From: Elusimicrobia bacterium RIFOXYA12_FULL_51_18
Lineage (GTDB): Bacteria > Elusimicrobiota > Elusimicrobia > Elusimicrobiales > UBA9959
Reading direction: 5' to 3'
Assembly: GCA_001800245.1 (NCBI GenBank)
Contig: MGVA01000059.1
Location: 1,810-65,809, forward strand
DNA length: 64,000 nucleotides
This document shows, piece after piece, positions 54,432 through 62,958 of this stretch. How positions within the stretch are numbered: position 1 is the first letter of the stretch; each line of letters begins with the position of its first letter. The notes under the pieces were generated by a model. That model was not told the DNA's origin and searched no databases. It saw only the letters and a program-made list of their open reading frames with translations. A program made the translations under genes and the position numbers.

Positions 54432-54806
54432 TTAATGGCACCCGGTTGCGCCGTGATGCGCGCAGGCGCAGGCGGGGTCGGCTTCTTTAAGCTTGCCGGC
54501 TTGTAGTGCTTTTACAGCTTCGGCAACCGTGGTCAGTGGTACCAGATAAACTTTTATGCCGGCGGTCCGTAGGCCGTTTATCGCCCCGGCGCCCATTCCG
54601 CCCGCAAGCACCGCGTCCGGCTTCGCGTTCCCCACGGCCTTGAGCGGATTGCACATTCCGTGCTCATGGTCGAGATTCCCATTGTCTATGATCTCGCATT
54701 TAAGTGTTTCCGTGTCGCATAGCGTAAAGTACGGCGCGCTGCCGAAATGCCCGTAAACATTCGCCTTCAGTCCGTCTTTTGTTTCCGTGGGTATGCAGAC
54801 TTTCAT
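54432..54806 (-). CDS. NifB/NifX-family (dinitrogenase FeMo-cofactor-binding-like) small protein
   Basis: MKVCIPTETKDGLKANVYGHFGSAPYFTLCD...DAVLAGGMGAGAINGLRTAGIKVY. Length is 124 aa. Confidence 0.75.
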   Translation of the reverse strand: MKVCIPTETKDGLKANVYGHFGSAPYFTLCDTETLKCEIIDNGNLDHEHGMCNPLKAVGNAKPDAVLAGGMGAGAINGLRTAGIKVYLVPLTTVAEAVKALQAGKLKEADPACACAHHGATGCH

Positions 54807-54831
54807 TTTAGTTCTCCTAATGCCGCTGATT

Positions 54832-56136
54832 TTAAAAATAATACTTGGCCCTCAGTTCAACCTTGGTGCTTCCCGCTTTCTCCCCGAATTCCGTTCCGGA
54901 GGAGCCGGCCAGGAAGATGGCTTTCAGGCGGAGCTCAAGATTAGTGACCCGCGTCCACACTGTTTCGGGGGCAATAGAAAAACTATTATCACCCGCGTTG
55001 ATCATGGTGGTCAGCGCAGGGGTGAAGTAAAGAATCTTAAAAGGCTCCTGCTGGATTACCCGCAGATAAAAATACTCGCGCATGGGGTTTGCCGCGCCAT
55101 AACCGGAATTGCTTAAATCTGCGGCCTTTTGCATCAGCGCGGCGCTGCCTGTTCCCGTATAAGAAACATAGGCGGCATCGACGAAAGAAAAATAATCGGT
55201 CATAGCTTCATCCGAAAAGCCGCCGCCGTTATGGTAATATTCGGCTATGTAAGTTGCGTCTTTCTCGGTCTGGTAGCGCAAACCGAGCAGGTAACTTTTT
55301 GCGTCAAAGACTTTCTTTGTGGTATTGCCGTTTTTATCCGTTATGGTATGGGGATTATCCGCTATTAAAGCCGCCTCGCCGTGCACTTCGAAGTTGGTGG
55401 AAATATTCCGCGAGAAATCAGCCCCGTAAGCGGCCGGTTTGCTTCCTCTTGCGCGGTAGATCAGGTCGATGTCCGTGTCGTAATACAAAAAATACGCCTT
55501 GCATGCGAAGTCCAGATGATTCAAGCTGCCGAAGGTGTTGTTGAGATGTTCGTAAACCGGCAGGATAACCGGCGTAACTGACGCGGTTTTCAACTGCCCG
55601 TTAAAACTCCGGGTATAGTCGGCGGACAGCACCGCATAGCCCTCAAGCGGCAGCTCGGGGTCGTCCGGGTTTTTGGGGCGGTCTATCAACGCCGCCGGGT
55701 TCCAGGCGTAGCCCTTGCCCCAGCGCATCACCTTTTTCCCTGCGATTATATCCGCCTCTGAAGACGGTTTGACAGAAAGGTAACCCTCGTAAATCTGTAA
55801 ATCGCGGTCCCAGCCCTGGTAAGTGTTGTTTAGGTCGGAATTTATACGCAGATAGGCCCGTGAAATCCCGCGCTGATAGCTGCCTTCCAATTGAAGCTTG
55901 GAATTGTATTCATACGTGGTCCGTTCTTTGGCGTGGTTGTGAAATTTAAGTTTATATAGTGCGGCATCCCTGTCCATTGCGGCCAGCACCGGCCTGAACT
56001 CGGCGTAACCGTTCAGGCTGTACGGTTTCTTTTCCGTCTCGGAAACATCAAAAGAATAATCCTCGGCGGCGGCCGGCAGAAGGCCCGCCGCTGCGGACAG
56101 GAAAGCCAGGGCAATAAAAGGCCGGCGCGGGCTCAT
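54832..56136 (-). CDS. Putative outer-membrane beta-barrel protein
   Basis: Signal peptide, a Tyr/Gly-rich alternating sequence, and a C-terminal ...VELRAKYYF OMP signature. It has a 4-nt overlap with the upstream LolA-like gene. Confidence 0.55.
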   Translation of the reverse strand: MSPRRPFIALAFLSAAAGLLPAAAEDYSFDVSETEKKPYSLNGYAEFRPVLAAMDRDAALYKLKFHNHAKERTTYEYNSKLQLEGSYQRGISRAYLRINSDLNNTYQGWDRDLQIYEGYLSVKPSSEADIIAGKKVMRWGKGYAWNPAALIDRPKNPDDPELPLEGYAVLSADYTRSFNGQLKTASVTPVILPVYEHLNNTFGSLNHLDFACKAYFLYYDTDIDLIYRARGSKPAAYGADFSRNISTNFEVHGEAALIADNPHTITDKNGNTTKKVFDAKSYLLGLRYQTEKDATYIAEYYHNGGGFSDEAMTDYFSFVDAAYVSYTGTGSAALMQKAADLSNSGYGAANPMREYFYLRVIQQEPFKILYFTPALTTMINAGDNSFSIAPETVWTRVTNLELRLKAIFLAGSSGTEFGEKAGSTKVELRAKYYF

Positions 56137-56864
56137 CTTAATGTTTCCAGTTTAGACATAAAAGGAACCGTGAAGATCTCGTCTTTCAGATCGCGTTTTT
56201 TTATCTTCGAGAAGATCATCACGGATTTATAGCCCTTATACAGCGGGCTTTCGGTCTCTATCACGGAAGGCCGCACAATTCCCCCGCCGAAGTCCTTGGT
56301 TTCTTTGAAATACAGTGTTTTAATGAGCATCAGTTTTTCGGTAAGGCACTCGACCTTAACCGGCAGCCTGGTCTTTTTGTCCACCCACATATTAAGCCGG
56401 TCATAGGCCACGGTCTTTGTTTTGGCTTTGATGTGCAGGAGGTATTGCTCGCCTTTGTCTTCCATCTGATCGACCGTGTACTCCGCGCCGAAGTCTATCT
56501 TTAGAATGTCGGCATTATTGAATACCCCGCCGGTGGCGGATTGCAGGCTGGTGATGCGTATTGGCTTGCCCACATTGGGGATATACAGCCACATATTATC
56601 GCCGAGCCGCAGCATCCCGCGCCCTTTGTCGCTGGCTGGCGAAAGGAATAGCCCCGCCACTTTCTCGTTCCCTTTACGGACCATGTAGAGAACGAATTCT
56701 TTTTTGCGCCCGTCCGGTTCGATGTTTATCAGTTTTCGGTACATTTCATAAGACGGCGGCTCCAAATTGCGGTCAACTTCCCGGAGCAGTTCGTTGCCAT
56801 CCACGGCATGGGCGGCGGCGCCCATCAGGGCGATAAGTGAAACTGCCAATATTTTCCTAAGCAT
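56133..56864 (-). CDS. Outer-membrane lipoprotein-sorting (LolA-like) protein
   Basis: GNELLREVDRNLEPPSYEMY...FLSPASDKGRGMLRLGDNMWLYIPNVGKPIRIT matches the LolA_like family as I recall it. Confidence 0.65.
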   Translation of the reverse strand: MLRKILAVSLIALMGAAAHAVDGNELLREVDRNLEPPSYEMYRKLINIEPDGRKKEFVLYMVRKGNEKVAGLFLSPASDKGRGMLRLGDNMWLYIPNVGKPIRITSLQSATGGVFNNADILKIDFGAEYTVDQMEDKGEQYLLHIKAKTKTVAYDRLNMWVDKKTRLPVKVECLTEKLMLIKTLYFKETKDFGGGIVRPSVIETESPLYKGYKSVMIFSKIKKRDLKDEIFTVPFMSKLETLR

Positions 56865-56873
56865 CGGGTTCTC

Positions 56874-58112
56874 CTATATGCTCTTTAACGCTTTTACGGG
56901 TTCCAGCCGGGAGGCTTTCCAGGCGGGCTGTAAGCTGCCGAATACCGCTACGGTCAGCACGATAGCCGAGATAATGGAGAAGTCCCCCGGGTTCACGGAG
57001 GGCGTCAGAACAAAACCCTCGCGCATACCGAAAGAGAACGTGATATGCAGCAGCCTTACCCCGTAAATTACCGCTACACTAATGATATTGCCGGCTATAA
57101 CTCCGGCCAGGCCAAGGCACAACCCTTCCGACATGAACATGGCGAGGATGGTGCCCGGCTGGGTCCCGATAGCGGCGATAGTCCCGATCTCCCTGGTCCG
57201 CTCGTAGACGGACATTATCATCACGTTCATAATGCCGATAAGCACTATGGCCACCAGCATTATCTTTACAAGCAGCGTCATCATGTCTATCATGGTGGCG
57301 ATGCTGGCGAACGGGGAAAGTTTCTGCCATGGATGTATCTCAAAGACCGGCTTGCCGTCGTTGGTCTTTTCCTGCGCGAAGGCTTTTGTCAGCGAGGCGA
57401 AGGCCGGCTCCAGCTTGCTGAAGTCCTTTAAGCGTATGGCGATCTCACTTATTTCCGGCGGGTCCATGCGCAGCAGTTCCGTGGCGTCGCTCAAAAGAAT
57501 GTAGCCGTCGCGGCCGCCGGGGCCGGGTGCGGTTTCTATTATGCCGCCCACGGTGAATTGCTTGCCGTTGACGGAGCCGTCTTTGTTCGTGGCCACCAGC
57601 ACCACGGTAGCGCTGGTTTTAAGTTTCATGCCGCGCGCCAGCAGTTCCGGCACCAATACCTCGCCAGGCTTAAGCTGGCTGGTCCCTTCAATAACCCTTG
57701 AGGGAAGGAGCGGTACGGTTTTAAATTCCTCTGCCGGATTAATAGCCGCCAAGCGGATATTTGTGGTTTCGGAGAAGTTGCTTATAATTCCGCCGAGTTT
57801 TATCCTGGTCGAGTAAGATTCCACCTGCGGGTTGGCTTTAAGTATGGCCTCGGCCCGCGTCATCTGCTCCGCCGTCAGGTTCATGTTCAGCGGCACGTTC
57901 TCCACCGACACCAGGTAGCCTTTCCTATGCACCTGGATATGGCCGAGCATGGAGTCGGTTATCTGCGAGATGATCAGGTTCTTGTACGAGTTGGTAGCCG
58001 CCATGTACACCTGTACGAAAACTACGCCCACGGCGATAAGCGAGACTATCAGCAAGGACCGCCGGGCGTACCTGTGCGTGTTGCGGACCGCCATTTTAAA
58101 TATCTTAAGCAT
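56874..58112 (-). CDS. ABC transporter permease, FtsX/MacB type
   Basis: [23 protein letters not shown]1, a large periplasmic domain, then three C-terminal TM segments. Start moved to the ATG at 58112, giving an 8-nt overlap with the ATPase. Confidence 0.8.
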   Translation of the reverse strand: MLKIFKMAVRNTHRYARRSLLIVSLIAVGVVFVQVYMAATNSYKNLIISQITDSMLGHIQVHRKGYLVSVENVPLNMNLTAEQMTRAEAILKANPQVESYSTRIKLGGIISNFSETTNIRLAAINPAEEFKTVPLLPSRVIEGTSQLKPGEVLVPELLARGMKLKTSATVVLVATNKDGSVNGKQFTVGGIIETAPGPGGRDGYILLSDATELLRMDPPEISEIAIRLKDFSKLEPAFASLTKAFAQEKTNDGKPVFEIHPWQKLSPFASIATMIDMMTLLVKIMLVAIVLIGIMNVMIMSVYERTREIGTIAAIGTQPGTILAMFMSEGLCLGLAGVIAGNIISVAVIYGVRLLHITFSFGMREGFVLTPSVNPGDFSIISAIVLTVAVFGSLQPAWKASRLEPVKALKSI

Positions 58113-58809
58113 TGGTGTTGCCTCCGGTGCGGGTTGCCCCGACAAGTTCTCCGTCTTCAAGCGTGAAGACGCGCTCGGCCTCGCCGATTATTTTCTGGTC
58201 GTGCGTGGAGAATATGAAGGTGGTGCCGGTCTCGGCGCGCATTTTCTTCATCAGTTCCAGTATCAGGTAGGCCGTTTTGTGGTCGAGGTTAGCGGTTGGT
58301 TCGTCCGCAAGCACCAGTTTGGGGCGGGTAACCAGCGCCCTGGCTACGGCCACGCGCTGTTTCTGCCCGCCGGAAAGCTGGTCCGGGTATTTGTTGAACT
58401 GGTCGGTCATGCCGACTTCTTCCAACAGGGCCATTATCCGTTTTTTTCTTTCGTCTTCCGGCAGCGGGTTTACTATCAGAAGCGGGTATTCAATATTCTC
58501 GTAGACGGTCAGCACCGGGATCAGGTTGAAGTCCTGGAAAACGAAACCGATGTGCTGGCCCCGGAAGCGGGCCCCGGCTTTGCGGTCCAGTTTGCCTGCG
58601 TCCATGCCGCAGACCTCCAGCACGCCGCCGGTGGGTTTATCCAGGCAGCCTATAAGGCTTAGTAGCGTGGTCTTGCCGCTGCCGGACGGGCCCACAAAAG
58701 CTGCGAAATCGCCGGGCTCCAGCGTGAAGTTAAGGCCTTTGAGCGCTTCAACTTTGGTCTCGCCGGCTATGTAATATTTTTTTAAATCTTTTCCCGATAT
58801 GATTGGCAT
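58105..58809 (-). CDS. ABC transporter ATP-binding protein (LolD/MacB-type)
   Basis: Walker [10 protein letters not shown], signature [15 protein letters not shown], Walker [13 protein letters not shown]. Confidence 0.9.
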   Translation of the reverse strand: MPIISGKDLKKYYIAGETKVEALKGLNFTLEPGDFAAFVGPSGSGKTTLLSLIGCLDKPTGGVLEVCGMDAGKLDRKAGARFRGQHIGFVFQDFNLIPVLTVYENIEYPLLIVNPLPEDERKKRIMALLEEVGMTDQFNKYPDQLSGGQKQRVAVARALVTRPKLVLADEPTANLDHKTAYLILELMKKMRAETGTTFIFSTHDQKIIGEAERVFTLEDGELVGATRTGGNTNA

Positions 58810-58837
58810 ATGGTCTCCTTTTAGTGCAAAGCTGCCG

Positions 58838-59248
58838 TTATTTGGTTTTATTTGCGGTTGATTTCTTCTTCGCGGCCGAAAGGTTTATCTTTTGCGTATC
58901 AGAACAGCAGCGCTTGCCGCTTTGCCCGGCGTGGTTGCCGCAACCGCAGCCGCCATTGGTAAGTTTTACCGTGCCGCCGGTTATCTGTACGGACTTGCCG
59001 CTTACCAGCGCGTCCGCTATCTTCTGACGGGCGGAGTTTATAATGTTGCCGAAAGTCTGGCGCGAGACGCCCATTTTCCTGGCCGCGTCTTCCTGATACA
59101 GCCCTTTGGCGTCGGCCAGGCGGAGCGCTTCGAATTCGTCCAGCTTAAGGAGTATCTCGCCTTTCGCCTGCGCGGTCTTGCCGTCCGGGCCGAAACAGGA
59201 GCAGGCGGGCTTAGCGTGGACTTTTCTGCATTTTCTGGACTCGCACAT
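58838..59248 (-). CDS. DUF134 (UPF0251) HTH protein with a Cys-rich C-terminal extension
   Basis: MCESRKCRKV...LKLDEFEALRLADAKGLYQEDAARKMGVSRQTFGNIINSARQKIADALVSGKSVQITGG, then GGCGCGNHAGQSGKRCCS. The ATG at 59248 is preceded by ggaggag. Confidence 0.75.
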   Translation of the reverse strand: MCESRKCRKVHAKPACSCFGPDGKTAQAKGEILLKLDEFEALRLADAKGLYQEDAARKMGVSRQTFGNIINSARQKIADALVSGKSVQITGGTVKLTNGGCGCGNHAGQSGKRCCSDTQKINLSAAKKKSTANKTK

Positions 59249-59269
59249 ATACTCCTCCAAAGAAGCCTG

Positions 59270-59283
59270 TTGGCATATGCCAA
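59270..59283. promoter_or_regulatory. Perfect 14-bp palindrome upstream of the DUF134 operon
   Basis: ttggcatatgccaa, 22-35 nt upstream of the ATG at 59248. Confidence 0.4.
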
Positions 59284-59436
59284 TAGCAATTGTAGGCCTT
59301 TCCCATCCGGTAAGTCAATAAATTAACGTGTCGTTGCGTCTAAAAAGTATTGGGAATTGGGGTCAGGTCGTGATTCTTGACTGCCCGCTCCTAAGCACGG
59401 ATAGATTGTATAGATTATGCCGACTGGGGGCAACGC

Positions 59437-60027
59437 GTGGAAATAAAAAATGCCCTGCGTACAAGCAGGGCGACCCTTCGGGCCGTTAAATGTAGAATTG
59501 GCGCGCAAAAATTAAGTAAAAAACAACAATTTCAAATTTGGGGTGGCCGGTCCGACTGTCTTCGAACAATTTCTCGGAAATATACGGCGGATTTACGTCA
59601 ACAACCTGACTTTTGCCTGATAGACGAATCGTCGTTCGAAGTTGTAATCGGCCCTAACGGCAAAAAGATGATGTTTTCACCGGAAGAGGCCCAAACAATC
59701 CGGAACCGCCGGGTCAAGTCCCCCCGCCCGCCCAGAATCCAGCAAGATCTGCTGGAAGCCCGCCAACTCAAAGACCGCCTTGAAAAAACGCCGGGCTTGA
59801 CAAAAACCGCCCTTGCCGCCGAACTGGGCATCTCTCGCTTTGAGCTGATCCTCCGCCTGAACCTCCTGCGGCTTGCACCGGAGATCCAGGCTGAGATCGC
59901 GGCCATGCCGCCGAGTGTGTCTGTGCGCTGCCAGATATCGAAACGCGCCCTGCGGAATATTGCCGTAATCTCTGATAGCGCGCGGCAGAAAATAGAGTTT
60001 AACAGACTGCTCGGCTCAGAAGGGTAG
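59437..60027 (+). CDS. Repeated HTH protein, copy 2 (ParB/KorB-like helix-turn-helix); start uncertain
   Basis: LTKTALAAELGISRFELILRLNLLRLAPEIQAEI. It is a near-duplicate of 62341..62958, and the differences upstream of the first ATG (59668) are synonymous, so translation probably starts earlier (GTG at 59437?). Confidence 0.6.
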   Translation: MEIKNALRTSRATLRAVKCRIGAQKLSKKQQFQIWGGRSDCLRTISRKYTADLRQQPDFCLIDESSFEVVIGPNGKKMMFSPEEAQTIRNRRVKSPRPPRIQQDLLEARQLKDRLEKTPGLTKTALAAELGISRFELILRLNLLRLAPEIQAEIAAMPPSVSVRCQISKRALRNIAVISDSARQKIEFNRLLGSEG

Positions 60028-60044
60028 GAGCCGTCGGGTATTTA

Positions 60045-61106
60045 TTACTCGTCTCGCTTTTTTCGCTTCGGCTTATGCTCAAGCTTTTTGACTTGGTTCT
60101 CAAGTTCTTCCATTTCCGCTTCCTGCGCGACAATATCCTCGCGGTGTATGCGGGCGGAATGAAAAATCTCGTATTGTTTCAGCGCAAAGGCTTCGGCGAT
60201 TTCTTTTTTGACCTTGCCGGCATTGCTCAGAATGGCCTTACGGTTGAATTTCAGGAATTCGTCCAGTAAAGAGCGCCAGTCCTTCATGTATAACGGCACC
60301 CCCTCCTCGGCGCGTTCCTCTGCGAAGTCCAGGTACATGGTTACGAGCCGGTCCAGCTTCTTGATCTCATCGGTATTGAGGTAATTCTTGGCGATAGTCA
60401 CATCCGCCTTGCGGACTTTGCCAGCCTTCCAAGAGGTAAGCCCCATGTTATCCTTTCTTGCGTCGGCGCGTTCATGGATAATTTCCGGAGCCGTCTTGCC
60501 CGTTATCGCCCAATGGAGCTTGTTCTGCACAATCTGGAAAAACTCCTGGGTTTCCGCTGCGTTGGGGTCGTAGTCTACCGCCAAACTATAAATATCCCGC
60601 ACCTTCTGATAAAACCGCTTTTCAGAGGCGCGGATGTCGCGTATACGCTCAAGCAGTTCATCAAAATAATCCGCACCGAACTCCTTCGGGTTCTTCAAGC
60701 GCTCGTCATCCATCACAAAGCCTTTGATCAGGTATTCACGGAGTCGCTCCGTAGCCCACCGCCGGAACTGGGTGCCCCTAGGTGATTTTACTCTATAACC
60801 TACGGCGAGAATCATGTCCAGGTTATAAAAAACAATGCGGCGTTGAACCTGGCGCCCGCCCTCATTTTGAACTGTCAAGTATTCCTTGACAGTTGCCGTT
60901 TCGGAGAGTTCCTGTTCCTCAAGCACATTGTTAATATGAAGGCTTATGTTTTGTTTGCTTGTTTGGAACAACTCGGCTATCTGAATCTGAGAAAGCCATA
61001 CAGTCTTATCAGCGAATCGCACCTGCAGACGACTCTGGCCATCCTCAGTCTGGTAAAACAGTATTCCAGATTGATTGGGTGCTTTTTCAGGAAAGTTTTT
61101 GGTCAT
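60045..61106 (-). CDS. RhuM-family (Virulence_RhuM) protein
   Basis: ILFYQTEDGQSRLQVRFADKTVWLSQIQIAELFQTSKQNISLHINNV...FYNLDMILAVGYRVKSPRGTQFRRWATERLREYLIKGF. Confidence 0.8.
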   Translation of the reverse strand: MTKNFPEKAPNQSGILFYQTEDGQSRLQVRFADKTVWLSQIQIAELFQTSKQNISLHINNVLEEQELSETATVKEYLTVQNEGGRQVQRRIVFYNLDMILAVGYRVKSPRGTQFRRWATERLREYLIKGFVMDDERLKNPKEFGADYFDELLERIRDIRASEKRFYQKVRDIYSLAVDYDPNAAETQEFFQIVQNKLHWAITGKTAPEIIHERADARKDNMGLTSWKAGKVRKADVTIAKNYLNTDEIKKLDRLVTMYLDFAEERAEEGVPLYMKDWRSLLDEFLKFNRKAILSNAGKVKKEIAEAFALKQYEIFHSARIHREDIVAQEAEMEELENQVKKLEHKPKRKKRDE

Positions 61107-61143
61107 ATGTTTTGAGGGGGCATATTATCATATCCGGCGCAAA

Positions 61144-62241
61144 CTACCGGTCCCATATCCTTATTTTCTCCGCAGTATCTGGATATGAAAGCACATCTGT
61201 GCTGTCTATGAACTGGTCAATTGCTCCGGCATTCGTTTTTATAGCTTTGATTGCTTTGCTTTGAATTTTACTTTTGAATGCCTCGGCGAATTTCACTGCA
61301 TGAATAACACGATATGGTCGCTCATGGAATAAAGAGACTTTATGTGGCAGAGGGTGGATGATATGTTTCGAGTTACACAACTTGGCGACTATCGCGTATG
61401 CTTCCGATAAATGCTTTTCTCTTTTCCTCCAGGTCTCCGCGCTCAATATTTTGTTGAAAACCGGAATAAGGGATTTTGAGGGTTTGAGCGCTAAGAAAGC
61501 AGTGCCGAGCCATTTAGAGTACGGCGCGTACTCCCGCTCTAATAGGAAGCATAATCGCATCAGATCTCTGATGATTCTTGCTGCGACGATTCGCGAGCCA
61601 AGTTCGTCTCCTACATCTCCGCAGCGGCCCACGAATGCTTCTTCCTGCGAAATCCGAATCCATTGGGCGGCGAGCATGTAAAGCCAGACATCGCGCGGGT
61701 AAAAACGAAACTTCTTTCTTATTCTGCGCAATTCGCGAAGTCCATCATAAAACACCTCTCCTCGTACTATTTCCAGTAATCTTTGCTGGGGAAAAGCCAG
61801 CCAGTCAGATACGGAAATCTTTTGAAAGGGATCAACCTTAAGCCGCGTTTCAATAAACGATTTTGTTGTTAAAATAGCCACCCTGTGGTTCACCGGACCA
61901 GATGTAATATTCAGCGGAGTGCGCACCCCCTTGGAGTCTGGGGCGCTGAAATTGGTGGGATAACCTAAAAAACTGTGTGGAAGGTTCGTGGAAAGCACTT
62001 TTGCGATTTTCTCTTTAATTTCGTTGTGACTGGTTTTACTGAGGAAGATAAAAACTTTGGGCCCCCAGTCATGGTCACGTGAAACTGGGGTGTCATAGCC
62101 TAAAACTTCAGACCCTGCCCCTAGCAGGCCTGCGGAATAATTCAAGCGTGGAAAACGGATGTGCAAAATTGGGGCAACAGTTTTTTTGTAGAAAAGCCTG
62201 CTTAATTTAATGCCAGAGATAAATTGCGCCGGTTTATCCAT
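61144..62241 (-). CDS. DUF4037 domain protein (Pol-beta-like nucleotidyltransferase motif)
   Basis: LSRLFYKKTVAPILHIRFPRLNYSAGLLGAGSEVLGYDTPVSRDHDWGP matches my recollection of the DUF4037 N-terminus (G-S...D-x-D). Confidence 0.65.
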   Translation of the reverse strand: MDKPAQFISGIKLSRLFYKKTVAPILHIRFPRLNYSAGLLGAGSEVLGYDTPVSRDHDWGPKVFIFLSKTSHNEIKEKIAKVLSTNLPHSFLGYPTNFSAPDSKGVRTPLNITSGPVNHRVAILTTKSFIETRLKVDPFQKISVSDWLAFPQQRLLEIVRGEVFYDGLRELRRIRKKFRFYPRDVWLYMLAAQWIRISQEEAFVGRCGDVGDELGSRIVAARIIRDLMRLCFLLEREYAPYSKWLGTAFLALKPSKSLIPVFNKILSAETWRKREKHLSEAYAIVAKLCNSKHIIHPLPHKVSLFHERPYRVIHAVKFAEAFKSKIQSKAIKAIKTNAGAIDQFIDSTDVLSYPDTAEKIRIWDR

Positions 62242-62340
62242 AATTTACACATCGTTGACTTTTAACTGCGATTCCCCTTTGCGGCGCATACTTGGATAGG
62301 CATCGCAACGGGCGCCTAAAACACCCTTGACGTTCATTAT

Positions 62341-62958
62341 ATGATACTTGGCAGGCCGGTTTCCGGGGCTTGGGGTAGTGTGGCCCAACTGGAAGGATTG
62401 TTCGCTTACCGTCAAAAATGGGGTCCCTGGTCCGACGGTAAACGAACAATTTCCGACCATTTTGACCCGGTTTCTGAACAAAAAAGCGATTTTTGCCTTA
62501 TAGACGAATCGTCTTTCGAAGTAGTAATCGGTCCTAACGGCAAAAAGATCATGCTTTTCCCGGAAGAGGCTCAGGCGATCCGAGCCCGCCGGACCAAGTC
62601 CCCCTGCCCGCCCCGGATTCAGCAGGACCTGCTGGAAGCCCGCCAACTCAGAGACCGCCTTGAAAAAACTCCGGGTCTGACCAAAACCGCCCTTGCCGCC
62701 GAACTGGGCATCTCCCGCTTTGAGCTGATCCGCCGGCTGAATCTACTGCGCCTCGCACCCGAGATTCAGGCGCGCATAATGGCCTTGCCGCCGACCTCTC
62801 ACAGGTGCCCGATATCGAAGCGAACATTGCGGCAGATTACCATAATCCCCGATTATCAACGCCAAATGCAAAGGTTCGACAACCTACTGAAGGACCTTGG
62901 TGACCGGCAGAGTAAAATAAAATTTGGCGCCATGGCCTGGAGTGGATTCGACCAATAG
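62341..62958 (+). CDS. Repeated HTH protein, copy 3; start uncertain
   Basis: LTKTALAAELGISRFELIRRLNLLRLAPEIQARI. The sequence is highly similar to copy 2 from ~62440 onward. Its 3' end overlaps the convergent kinase gene by 75 nt. Confidence 0.6.
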   Translation: MILGRPVSGAWGSVAQLEGLFAYRQKWGPWSDGKRTISDHFDPVSEQKSDFCLIDESSFEVVIGPNGKKIMLFPEEAQAIRARRTKSPCPPRIQQDLLEARQLRDRLEKTPGLTKTALAAELGISRFELIRRLNLLRLAPEIQARIMALPPTSHRCPISKRTLRQITIIPDYQRQMQRFDNLLKDLGDRQSKIKFGAMAWSGFDQ

